Below, in pieces: positions 1-8,109 of a DNA stretch of 14,067 nucleotides. The translations under genes were made by a program, and so were the position numbers. The notes under the pieces were generated by a model, which saw nothing but the letters and a program-made list of their open reading frames with translations, was not told the origin of the DNA and ran no database searches. Source of the DNA: an uncultured Fastidiosipila sp. (GTDB lineage Bacteria; Bacillota; Clostridia; Saccharofermentanales; Fastidiosipilaceae); NCBI GenBank assembly GCA_964627125.1, contig CAZVJQ010000033.1, positions 1 to 14,067 on the forward strand. Direction: 5' to 3'. Position 1 is the first letter of the stretch. Each line of letters opens with the position of its first letter.

Positions 1-25
1 TTAGCATTTATTTTATATAAAAACG

Positions 26-52
26 AAGGCGATTAGTTTAACTAGTCGCCTT
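26..52. terminator. Hairpin aaggcgattag-tttaa-ctagtcgcctt, about 11 bp stem with one G:U, with T-rich sequence on both flanks. Probable bidirectional intrinsic terminator for a gene ending left of the window.
   Basis: Inverted repeat read directly at 26-52. On the minus strand the stem is followed by cgtttttat, and on the plus strand by attaaatt. No CDS lies between it and the next gene. Confidence 0.45.
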
Positions 53-221
53 ATTAAATTATGTTTTCCCAACATGAATAATTACTAGGCGGTGCAAGTC
101 CGTTGCAAGCTTTTGTATAAGGAAGTATTAGCTAAAGGCAAGAGTGTCTATCGTTAGGTAGAATTTAAACCAAGTCGTTTAGCAATTCAGTCGTTAATTG
201 ATGTATATCGGTTGTCGTACT

Positions 222-252
222 TTGTATTTTTGAGAAAGAATAATGATATAAT
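222..252 (+). promoter_or_regulatory. Candidate sigma-A promoter for the DUF4230 gene pair: -35 TTGTAT (222-227) and extended -10 TGaTATAAT (244-252).
   Basis: Perfect TATAAT at 247-252 with an upstream TG. The TTGTAT -35 lies 19 nt upstream, which is long, or gtattt at 17 nt. It sits about 75 nt upstream of the start codon. Confidence 0.4.
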
Positions 253-329
253 TTAAGGAATAGAAATTCGCGTAATTTACAATTCCTATTGTGAGAAATT
301 GGGGCAATCCCGCAAAGGAGAATAAGCGT

Positions 330-935
330 GTGGAAAACTCAACTAAGAAAAATATAAATTGGAAACTTGTGATTATTGGGGTTGTAGTAATAGTGATTAT
401 AGTAGTCATATTCATATTTCAACAGGTAAGAAAGACACCTTCAGATAATGTGGAAGTAATTACTGTATCCACTTTGGAGAAGATTATTAATGTTAGTGAG
501 CTATCTACATTTACTGCTGTTTATAATGGCATCGCAGAAGTAGAGAACGAAAAGAAACCGGAAGAGATTGATTACTATGTTTCCTACGAAGCGAAGGTGA
601 ACGCAGGTATTGATTTTGAAAAAATTCTTATCGAAATTGATAATGAGACTAAAGAAATCATAATAACAACTCCTAACGTTTATATTACCGATGTAAATGT
701 TGATATATCTTCATTGGATTTCATATTCTACAATGATAAAGCCAATACATCTACAGTAACTCAACAAGCATTTAAGGCATGTGAGGAAGATGTTAATAAA
801 GAGAGTGAACAGCAAACAGCCATCTTTGATCTGGCCCAGCAAAATGCCATAAATATCTTGACTGCTTTGACACAACCTATAGTAGAGCAGTTGGATGCCG
901 ATTACACTCTTGTAGTAGAGCAAGGAGGAGTGTAA
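330..935 (+). CDS. DUF4230-like protein with an N-terminal signal-anchor TM helix. Paralogue of the next gene.
   Basis: ORF 291..935. The best start is GTG 330, 9 nt after AAGGAG at 315-320; GTG 291 has no SD. Hydrophobic stretch WKLVIIGVVVIVIIVVIFIF, then a roughly 170-aa soluble domain. Its central block (YEAKVNAGID.../IEIDNETKEIIITTP/ITDVNVDISSL) aligns with FWVEYSGVVTLGVD/IDINDTQINITIPP/LGTKVDSASL of the neighbour. The architecture matches DUF4230 as I recall it, but the domain assignment is unverified. Confidence 0.8.
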   Translation: MENSTKKNINWKLVIIGVVVIVIIVVIFIFQQVRKTPSDNVEVITVSTLEKIINVSELSTFTAVYNGIAEVENEKKPEEIDYYVSYEAKVNAGIDFEKILIEIDNETKEIIITTPNVYITDVNVDISSLDFIFYNDKANTSTVTQQAFKACEEDVNKESEQQTAIFDLAQQNAINILTALTQPIVEQLDADYTLVVEQGGV

Positions 936-937
936 AA

Positions 938-1582
938 ATGAAAAAATTCTTGAGCGTATTTTTAGCTGTAATATTCTCCGTAATGAGTGTATCTTGTGCT
1001 TCTCCTGCTGAAGAAACCCTGGATATTGAACCAGAAGTATCGCAAATGAAAAATATTTTCGAGCTGGCTGTTATGGAGAGCTACTATCATAATGTTGCTA
1101 AATATAAAGAAGAAAATGCTTCAGGCGCGCTATTTTGGACAAAAGATAAGCATTTCTGGGTAGAATATAGCGGTGTTGTAACACTCGGCGTGGATGTATC
1201 ATTAGTGAACATAGATATTAATGACACACAGATTAATATTACAATCCCACCTGCAGAAGTTCTTGGTACTAAAGTAGATTCCGCATCATTGACAGAGGAT
1301 TCGTTTATTGTAGCGAAAGATTCTGCCAAAATTGATGCAGCAGACGAAATTAGGGCATTTAGTGAAGCACAAAGCCAACTCCAAGAAAATACTGCTAATG
1401 ATACGGTTTTATTAGCGAGTGCTCAACAGCGAGCACAAGAGTTGTTAGAAGACTACATTACTAACATTGGTAATGCTGTCGGCGTAGAATATAAAATAAA
1501 CTGGATTTATATAGATGCAAATGGTGATTCACAAGAAACTGCTCCTATCGAATCTTCGACAACTGTGACCAGTTCTGAATAA
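938..1582 (+). CDS. DUF4230-like lipoprotein, paralogue of the upstream gene.
   Basis: Starts 3 nt after the upstream stop, with GGAGG immediately upstream. N-terminus MKKFLSVFLAVIFSVMSVSC has an n-region, h-region and a lipobox-like VSC. Conserved blocks are shared with the upstream protein. A perfect hairpin terminator follows. Confidence 0.8.
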   Translation: MKKFLSVFLAVIFSVMSVSCASPAEETLDIEPEVSQMKNIFELAVMESYYHNVAKYKEENASGALFWTKDKHFWVEYSGVVTLGVDVSLVNIDINDTQINITIPPAEVLGTKVDSASLTEDSFIVAKDSAKIDAADEIRAFSEAQSQLQENTANDTVLLASAQQRAQELLEDYITNIGNAVGVEYKINWIYIDANGDSQETAPIESSTTVTSSE

Positions 1583-1636
1583 TATGCCAGTTATGCAAAT
1601 ATTTAGTGTCTATTTACTTGATTTTTATATACAAAC

Positions 1637-1668
1637 AGGCGATTAGTTTTCTAATCGCCTATTTTATT
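1637..1668. terminator. Bidirectional intrinsic terminator between convergent genes: aggcgattag-tttt-ctaatcgcct (10 bp perfect stem) followed by attttatt.
   Basis: Perfect inverted repeat at 1637-1660. T-tract 1661-1668 on the plus strand, and a T-rich run (tttgtatataaaaat) on the minus strand. It lies between the stop of 938..1582 (+) and the stop of 1676..3163 (-). Confidence 0.8.
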
Positions 1669-1675
1669 GGGGAAA

Positions 1676-3163
1676 CTAATTGTTCTTTAGCTCTAAGAAA
1701 ACATTATCCATAAATAGTTCAGCGCTCTGTTTACTGGCAGACATAATTGTATCGATCGCATTATGTCTATAGTGAGTCGTAGCTACCCAAGCACCAATCA
1801 TAAATAAATTTTGCATCTCGCCATAACGAGGATTCAATAAGCTTAACTCAGGCCATTTTGCTTGAACATAATTACCTTCATGGTCTGGCATAATGAGTTT
1901 TCTATTATATAAATTCTTCATTAGTTTTGAATATGAAAATGCACTCTCAATTGTTTTATTAAATCCAGTGGCATTAATAACTTTATCGAAATGAAGTTTT
2001 TTAGCATCGGCTATTTTTGCAGTGAAGCCACCATCTGGGTCAATTTCTATAGTTTCTAATCCATAGATTACTTCGATTTTTTCATTGTCAGCGGATTCTA
2101 AGATTTTTCCAGTGCTCTCATAAGGAGGAGGTCCAGAAAATTGTTCAATTATATCGTCGTAGAGTTTAAATAGTCTCTGCCTATCTAGTTCAGGGAGAAG
2201 ATTATACAGATCAATAATGTTTCTATCTAAATCATCTAAGTAGCTTTGGATAAAAGCTAAATCCTGTGGCTCCTCTTGATAAACTCTTCTTTGGGTGTCT
2301 ATAGACTTGTCTTTTGCCCAAGAGTAGAACTCTCTAAAATTGAACCCATAAGATTTGAAGTCTTCATTCATTTTTTCAAGAATTATTTTTAATGGAATTA
2401 ATCCACCAAGTTTTTTCTTAGTTTCTATGACCCAATCCTTGTCGAAAGATGATGTGTATTCTTTATCAGGATATACTTCAGATAATTTAAATGCTCTATT
2501 TCTTACTAGAAAAGATAAAGGATTTTTAAAATTAAATTTTCCCAGCAAATAATGGTGAGCATCTATTGCGACTGATGCAGAACCGACAATTGCGATTTTG
2601 TCATCCTCAGAGAAATGACTTAGTTTTTCATTTATTGGATAAATAGAATTAATATAATCATCACTAGATTTTAGATTATATGGGTCTTGGTAATCTTGAT
2701 GACCGATTGCCAAAAAGACAGCTGAAAATTCTTCTTCTAATTCTTCGTACTCAGTTTTTATTTTAAACGTTGGCGTACCATTTTCTATTGGAATTATGTC
2801 TTCAACATTTGCATGAATAATTTCAACTTGAGGGTGTTCGTATTGTGGGCTGAAATATTCATTGATATAATCACCATATATAACTCTAGAAATCATACCA
2901 TCTTTAATATCATATTCAGGATCATGATTCTCTCGATACCAGTTAATAAAGTGATCGTCGGACTCGAAAACTACAGAGACCTGATCTGCTCTTGTATTTA
3001 ATTTTTTGAGCAATGTATCTTCTTGGTAGGCAAGACCAACACCAAGTTTTTCACTCTTCTCGAATATAAAAATTCTATCCTCTGAACTAAAATTTTTATG
3101 GTCTAAAAGAGTTCTTAAAATTACTGAACCAGATAGACCTACCCCTACTATCGCTATATTCAT
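1676..3163 (-). CDS. FAD/NAD(P)-binding flavoprotein with two dinucleotide-binding motifs. Likely a class B flavin monooxygenase-like or PF13454-type oxidoreductase.
   Basis: 495-aa ORF. N-terminal Rossmann motif IAIVGVGLSGS, a second motif KIAIVGSASVAID near residue 190, and an ATG-type motif (KVINATGFN) near residue 390. It lies 45 nt downstream of the GalT-like gene on the same strand, so probably in an operon. Confidence 0.75.
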   Translation of the reverse strand: MNIAIVGVGLSGSVILRTLLDHKNFSSEDRIFIFEKSEKLGVGLAYQEDTLLKKLNTRADQVSVVFESDDHFINWYRENHDPEYDIKDGMISRVIYGDYINEYFSPQYEHPQVEIIHANVEDIIPIENGTPTFKIKTEYEELEEEFSAVFLAIGHQDYQDPYNLKSSDDYINSIYPINEKLSHFSEDDKIAIVGSASVAIDAHHYLLGKFNFKNPLSFLVRNRAFKLSEVYPDKEYTSSFDKDWVIETKKKLGGLIPLKIILEKMNEDFKSYGFNFREFYSWAKDKSIDTQRRVYQEEPQDLAFIQSYLDDLDRNIIDLYNLLPELDRQRLFKLYDDIIEQFSGPPPYESTGKILESADNEKIEVIYGLETIEIDPDGGFTAKIADAKKLHFDKVINATGFNKTIESAFSYSKLMKNLYNRKLIMPDHEGNYVQAKWPELSLLNPRYGEMQNLFMIGAWVATTHYRHNAIDTIMSASKQSAELFMDNVFLELKNN

Positions 3164-3208
3164 ACAAATAGTTCACTTTCGAATATAAAATTTTCTTGCC
3201 TTTAAGAT

Positions 3209-4192
3209 TTATGAGTTTTTAAATTTACTCCATGCATCACGTAATTCTGCTGCACATTCTTCTGGAATTCTAGGGTTTGTTCTCGCCCAGGCTGCAGTTT
3301 CAGATGAAGCATTCCATTTGATTGAATTCTCACCTCTTAATGGTGGGAAGAATTTAATATTAAATGGGTAATAGTCCTTACTATTTGCATATTCTGGACT
3401 ATTAATTGGGTTTTGATAAATCCCCATCATATAAGGGAAGTTTCTGTTGAATAGAGTATCATATGCACCTTGTAAATCATGTAATAAACTAGCAAGAGCT
3501 GATATTAATTCATCATCAAAATCTGTGAAGTTTTCGACATCATTTCTCTTAGGTACAACATAAACCATATATGGCCAGTCTGTATAGAAAGGAACGAATA
3601 CTACAAAATGCTCATCTTCGTAAACAACTCTTTCGCCATACGCTAATTCTTCATCTCTTAGTTTATGTAATAAACCTATGCCATTTTCTTCGTAATATTT
3701 CTTAGAATTATCTAACTCTAATTTTAATCGTAGCGGCATAAATCCATATGCATATAATTGTCCATGCGGGTGTGGTTGTGTGGTACCAACTTCTTCACCT
3801 CTATTTTCAAAAGTTAAAATGTATTTTATTTTCTCGTCTTGAGTAGAAATCTCTTCGAAACGATTTTGCCAAAGCCTGACAAGTTTTTCTAAATGTTCTT
3901 GTGATAAATCTTTTAAACTTGCTTCATGCTGATCAGAATATAAAATAACTTCACATTGACCATAACTTGGAGCTGTCTTGAAGAATTCTGTAGCCACCGG
4001 ATCTGGCTCGCCAGGAGTCGTAGACATGGAAGGCCAGTCATTATCGTATTTTAAGACGTCATATTCATCAGGTACTTGTCCTGAACCAGGACAGAATGCG
4101 CAAAAACCTTTTGGCATATCTGGGCGCTTATTTCTCTTACCATTTACAATTGTCCAATCATCTAATAAAGGATTAAATCTAAATTCAGCCAT
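3209..4192 (-). CDS. galT: Type-1 GalT-family UDP-glucose:hexose-1-phosphate uridylyltransferase (HIT superfamily).
   Basis: 327 aa. Zn-knuckle CAFCPGSG and the catalytic HPHGQ motif (FENRGEEVGTTQPHPHGQ) are read directly. The N-terminus FNPLLDDWTIV resembles the E. coli GalT N-terminus. SD AGGAGAT sits about 7 nt upstream of the ATG. The gene symbol reflects family membership only; the true substrate is uncertain. Confidence 0.85.
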   Translation of the reverse strand: MAEFRFNPLLDDWTIVNGKRNKRPDMPKGFCAFCPGSGQVPDEYDVLKYDNDWPSMSTTPGEPDPVATEFFKTAPSYGQCEVILYSDQHEASLKDLSQEHLEKLVRLWQNRFEEISTQDEKIKYILTFENRGEEVGTTQPHPHGQLYAYGFMPLRLKLELDNSKKYYEENGIGLLHKLRDEELAYGERVVYEDEHFVVFVPFYTDWPYMVYVVPKRNDVENFTDFDDELISALASLLHDLQGAYDTLFNRNFPYMMGIYQNPINSPEYANSKDYYPFNIKFFPPLRGENSIKWNASSETAAWARTNPRIPEECAAELRDAWSKFKNS

Positions 4193-4406
4193 TTTTATCT
4201 CCTAATTTTATTTGAAAAATAATTTATCATTATCTTAATAAGTATTATATAAACCAACCATTATTTTAACATTTTAGAAGTATAAATTTTTTGCTAATTA
4301 ATGCTATTTTAAGGGGCAAAGCAGTATCTTTCCTTGGTCAAGTACATTTGTTAATGAAATTAATTGCTGTTCATACTATACTGAGTCAGATGAAAGGAAG
4401 GTAAAT

Positions 4407-4700
4407 ATGGAAAATAGAACGAAGAAAACTACAAATTTCCCGCTTACTATTGGTGTGTTATTGATATTGCTAGTTGAATTATCAAATAGATATTTTACAC
4501 CAGTGCCGAGAGCATTGAGACTTTCAATATTAGTAATCTCTGTTGCCTTGATGATCGTGGGAATAGTTATGGACAACTTTAAATTCTTAGCTATGCGTCA
4601 TGAGATGAGAACACATAATGCTTCATTTGCTGAAGTTCGTGAAAATCGTCATCTTGAAGAGACTGCGAAGAACTTAGGACCTGAGGAAGAAAAAATTTAA
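4407..4700 (+). CDS. Small membrane protein with two predicted TM helices. Hypothetical.
   Basis: SD GGAAGG 7 nt upstream of the ATG. Two hydrophobic segments (LTIGVLLILLVEL and LSILVISVALMIVGIVM). It is preferred over the overlapping antisense ORF 4376..4576. Confidence 0.6.
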   Translation: MENRTKKTTNFPLTIGVLLILLVELSNRYFTPVPRALRLSILVISVALMIVGIVMDNFKFLAMRHEMRTHNASFAEVRENRHLEETAKNLGPEEEKI

Positions 4701-4772
4701 CTTATTGTTAAGCTAGTGCTCATCTATCATCTGATATACTTAACCCATAAAATCTAAGTTGGGAGATAAGGT

Positions 4773-5360
4773 ATGAAAGAAAGAAGCATTAGTAATTTAA
4801 AATCTAAACTAGTTATTCTACTAACAGTAACATTACCAATCTTATTAACATCCTGTGTATCCGCAGAGCAATTTAGAGAATCTCGAAATAGCGGTTACAC
4901 CCTAGGAGATGCAATTGAAGGATCTTTCTATGGATTTATCATGTTCTTAGAAAGTATTTTAATTTGGGTAGTTATTATTCTGCCTTATGTACTTCTTTTC
5001 TTATTAATTTTCTTTATTATACGTTGGTTCTACAAGCGCTACTATAATTCAGAAACTTATAAGGCTAAAGAAGCTAAACGTGAAGAAAGAAGAATGGAAC
5101 AAGTTGCTAGGTATCAAGAGTACCAAAGAAATAGAGCTCAAGCTTTTGGTAGTCGCCAGCAAGCACAAGGTGTGAATATAGCTCAGCAAACACAAAATCC
5201 TGATCCATACACTAGGACGTATGCAAATACACGTCCGCAACCTGGTAATCCGCAGAGACCTGGCCCAAATGCTCCAAGGCAAAATGTCCAAGAGCAAAAT
5301 CATGGTCAGCAAGGAAACTATGGTAATCAGGGACAAGGTGGTCAACAAACTGATAGATAG
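4773..5360 (+). CDS. Membrane or lipoprotein-like protein with a C-terminal Q/N/G-rich low-complexity tail. Hypothetical.
   Basis: SD GGGAGA upstream. N-terminus has a lipobox-like LLTSC after a hydrophobic h-region. A long hydrophobic segment (FIMFLESILIWVVIILPYVLLFLLIFFII) is followed by RWFYKRYY. The last roughly 80 aa are Q/N/G/P-rich (…QNHGQQGNYGNQGQGGQQ). Confidence 0.7.
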   Translation: MKERSISNLKSKLVILLTVTLPILLTSCVSAEQFRESRNSGYTLGDAIEGSFYGFIMFLESILIWVVIILPYVLLFLLIFFIIRWFYKRYYNSETYKAKEAKREERRMEQVARYQEYQRNRAQAFGSRQQAQGVNIAQQTQNPDPYTRTYANTRPQPGNPQRPGPNAPRQNVQEQNHGQQGNYGNQGQGGQQTDR

Positions 5361-5424
5361 AAATAACTGTAAAGATTAGATTAGTGATTTTTGAGTTCAG
5401 GTAAAAATTTATATAAATTGAAGG

Positions 5425-5459
5425 AAAGACTTAGTTTTGTAGACTGGGTCTTTTTTTCT
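5425..5459 (+). terminator. Intrinsic terminator after 4773..5360: aaa-gacttag-ttttgtaga-ctgggtc-ttttttt.
   Basis: 7 bp stem with two G:U pairs, extended by aaa/ttt, followed by a 7-T run at 5451-5457. Confidence 0.5.
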
Positions 5460-5658
5460 TGCGAAAAAGTCGTTTAGCATAGTATTAAACTGTTAATAGA
5501 GATGATTTGATTTACGTACCGTATAACACATTCTTGCTATATTACATAAAGAAATTGCTTCAAAATAGTGAATACATATATAAGCAATGAATATATTTTG
5601 GCAATGATTCCACATGTTTCTTTGAGTTAAACATAAGTAATATTCAAATAATTAAAGG

Positions 5659-5697
5659 GAGGGTTGTCAGTTCAAATACACTGACTTGCCCTCTTTT
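5659..5697 (+). terminator. Orphan strong hairpin plus T-tract (GAGGG-tt-GTCAGT-tcaaatac-ACTGAC-ttg-CCCTC-tttt), preceded by a perfect SD AAAGGGAGG but no ORF. Either a terminator insulating pulA or the 3' end of a small RNA.
   Basis: Inverted repeat read directly at 5659-5693 (11 bp with one internal loop), then tttt. It lies upstream of the predicted pulA promoter. No ORF longer than 10 codons in the 5361-5840 intergenic region on either strand. Confidence 0.4.
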
Positions 5698-5747
5698 AAA
5701 TTTTCATGATGAATTTAAAATTGATGTAAATTCTGTAGGTTATGTTG

Positions 5748-5775
5748 TTGAATGAATTCTCATCTAACGTATAAT
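5748..5775 (+). promoter_or_regulatory. Candidate sigma-A promoter of pulA: -35 TTGAAT (5748-5753), 16-nt spacer, -10 TATAAT (5770-5775).
   Basis: Hexamers read directly. About 65 nt upstream of the ATG, with SD AAGAGG 8 nt before the ATG. Confidence 0.5.
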
Positions 5776-5840
5776 TAACGATGTGTCATTCATTTTGGCA
5801 GTTCAAATAGATAAACAAAAATAAATACAAGAGGTATTTT

Positions 5841-8036
5841 ATGAAGGTCAAAAACTTAGACGAACTACAAGAAATTATCAATAATCCAATCTACTATTAC
5901 GATGGAGATGACTTAGGTTTAACTTATAGTGAAGAAGAGAGTATATTTAAGGTATGGGCTCCTACCGCTCAAGAAGTTAAATTAGTTATTTTTGAAGAGG
6001 CTGGCGAATACTACACATATACTACCGATGTAGATTATAGCGATGGAGTAGAGTGGGAAATGGACCGAGACGAAACAGGAACTTGGTCAGCCACAATCGA
6101 GGGAAATTTAGAAGATAAATATTACTTATATAAGGTAGGTTTCTCAGATGGAACAGTAAATTATGCAGTAGATCCTTATGCATTTGCTGTAACAGCTAAT
6201 GGTGGTAAAACAGCAATTATAGATTTAACAAAAACTAATCCAGAGAATTGGAAACCAGAATTAAAACCAGCAATGCAAAATCCTACAGATGCAATTATTT
6301 ACGAATTGCATGTAAGGGACTTTTCTATTGATGAAAACTCAGGTATAGAAAACAAAGGTAAATTTTTAGCATTTACTGAAAAAGGAACAGTCAATAAAGA
6401 AGGAAATCCTACAGGTATTGATCACCTTAGAGATTTAGGTGTTACTCATATTCAATTACTTCCAGCTTATGATTTCAAGACCATCGATGAATTAGAAGTA
6501 GATAATCCTGAATCAGAGTTACCTAAATTCAACTGGGGATATGATCCTCAAAACTTCAATGCACCAGAAGGTTCTTATTCAACAGATGCTAACAATCCAT
6601 ATTCAAGAATAATTGAATTTAAATCAGCTGTTCAAGCATTACATGAGAATGGTATGCGAGTTATTATGGACGTTGTTTATAACCATACTTATGAAACTAA
6701 TGGCAGCAACTTTAATAAGATTGTACCTGGTTATTACTTTAGACAAGATAAAAAAGGTAAGTACACTAATGGATCAGGAACTGGTAATGAAGTAGCTTCT
6801 GAAAGACCAATGGTTAGAAAATATCTCAAAGATTCAGTTAAATTCTGGGTAAAAGAGTATGGGATAGATGGGTATCGCTTTGACCTTATGGGGCTAATAG
6901 ATACACAAACTATGACTGAGCTTGTGAAAGAATTACATGAAATTGACCCAAGTATTATAGTCCTAGGAGAGCCATGGCATGCTGGTGGTACATCATTAAG
7001 ACCTAAGGACCAGACACTTAAAGGTTCACAGAGAAGTAGAAATTTCTCAGTATTTAATGACCACTTTAGAAATGCTGTTAGAGGTGACGGTGGTAATGAC
7101 GGAAGTACTGGTTATGCGACTGGAATGCTTAATAGAGAGATTGAAGTTGTCGAAGGTATTATAGGTTCACTTAACGATTTTGCAGATTTCCCAAATGAGT
7201 CAATAAACTATGTCACAGCCCACGATAATCTTAATTTATGGGATAAAGTAATTAACACGCAAAAATTAAATAAAAAAGAAGGATTCTTAGAACTTAGTGA
7301 AGGTGTTCTAATTGGTAAGACAGCTCAGAAATATACTAGCATTGAAGAAGCAGTTGAAGCAGCTACAATTCACCACTCTGTAGATACTCAAGACCCATTC
7401 TCAAATGAAACTGTTAGACGTTCAGTGCTAATGAATGGAATTATGCTAACTAGTCAGGGCGTGCCATTTATTCATGCGGGAGACGAAATCTTACGCAGTA
7501 AATTTGGTGACCACAATAGTTATAGAAGTCCAGATGCAATTAATAAAATTCGCTGGGAGTGGAAGAGTAAGTTTATTGATGTATTTAATTATTACCAAGG
7601 ATTAATTAAATTACGTAAAGAGCATCCTGCCTTCCGTATGATGGATATTGAAGAGATTGATGAGAAGATTGAAATCATCGATGATTTTGCAGGAGTTATT
7701 TCTTTTGTTATAAGAAATAATGCGAACAATGATTCTTGGAAAGAAATATTTGTTATTTACAATGCAGATGATGAAGAAATGGATAGTTTCCTACCATCTG
7801 AAGGTGACTGGCATCTAGTTGTAGATGATAAAAGAGCAGGTACTGATATCTTAGAAACTATTACTGTTAAGAGAAGAGATATGATCGGTGCCGAAGAAGC
7901 ATTAGAACATGCTCCTGATAATGGATCTACTACATATGCTAGTTATACAGATGAGAGTAATATTGAAGATAGGTCAGAAGTTAGTGGTAACGTAACTGTA
8001 GCTCCTTTATCCATGAAGGTCCTATACAAGAATTAA
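5841..8036 (+). CDS. pulA: Type I pullulanase (GH13 debranching enzyme). No signal peptide, so predicted cytoplasmic, AmyX-like.
   Basis: 731 aa. GH13 conserved regions DVVYNHT, GYRFDLMG, EPW and AHDN(L) are present. The N-terminal region is consistent with a CBM48 domain. The N-terminus MKVKNLDELQEI is hydrophilic. Confidence 0.9.
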   Translation: MKVKNLDELQEIINNPIYYYDGDDLGLTYSEEESIFKVWAPTAQEVKLVIFEEAGEYYTYTTDVDYSDGVEWEMDRDETGTWSATIEGNLEDKYYLYKVGFSDGTVNYAVDPYAFAVTANGGKTAIIDLTKTNPENWKPELKPAMQNPTDAIIYELHVRDFSIDENSGIENKGKFLAFTEKGTVNKEGNPTGIDHLRDLGVTHIQLLPAYDFKTIDELEVDNPESELPKFNWGYDPQNFNAPEGSYSTDANNPYSRIIEFKSAVQALHENGMRVIMDVVYNHTYETNGSNFNKIVPGYYFRQDKKGKYTNGSGTGNEVASERPMVRKYLKDSVKFWVKEYGIDGYRFDLMGLIDTQTMTELVKELHEIDPSIIVLGEPWHAGGTSLRPKDQTLKGSQRSRNFSVFNDHFRNAVRGDGGNDGSTGYATGMLNREIEVVEGIIGSLNDFADFPNESINYVTAHDNLNLWDKVINTQKLNKKEGFLELSEGVLIGKTAQKYTSIEEAVEAATIHHSVDTQDPFSNETVRRSVLMNGIMLTSQGVPFIHAGDEILRSKFGDHNSYRSPDAINKIRWEWKSKFIDVFNYYQGLIKLRKEHPAFRMMDIEEIDEKIEIIDDFAGVISFVIRNNANNDSWKEIFVIYNADDEEMDSFLPSEGDWHLVVDDKRAGTDILETITVKRRDMIGAEEALEHAPDNGSTTYASYTDESNIEDRSEVSGNVTVAPLSMKVLYKN

Positions 8037-8057
8037 GCAAAACAATTAAAGACAAAC

Positions 8058-8095
8058 AAAAATGGCGTTTCTCAAGGAAACGCCATGCTTATAAT
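8058..8095. terminator. Bidirectional intrinsic terminator: atggcgtttc-tcaag-gaaacgccat (10 bp perfect stem) flanked by A- and T-rich runs.
   Basis: Perfect inverted repeat at 8062-8086. It lies between the stop of pulA (+) and the stop of the SPFH gene (-). Confidence 0.8.
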
Positions 8096-8109
8096 TAATT
8101 TAAGTAATA

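Noticed and set aside
194-415. 73-aa minus-strand ORF overlapping the promoter and 5' end of the first DUF4230 gene.
   Set aside because: No SD. The protein is low-complexity and I/T-rich from an AT-rich antisense reading. It overlaps a well-supported gene and promoter.
4376-4576. 66-aa minus-strand ORF antisense to the small 2-TM protein gene.
   Set aside because: The plus-strand ORF has a proper SD (GGAAGG) and coherent TM helices. The minus ORF has no SD and would run into the galT promoter region.
5361-5840. I looked for a catabolite-responsive element (cre, TGWAARCGYTWNCW) and for small ORFs in the long pulA upstream region.
   Set aside because: No convincing cre match around either CG-containing site near the promoter. 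All ORFs are 10 codons or shorter.
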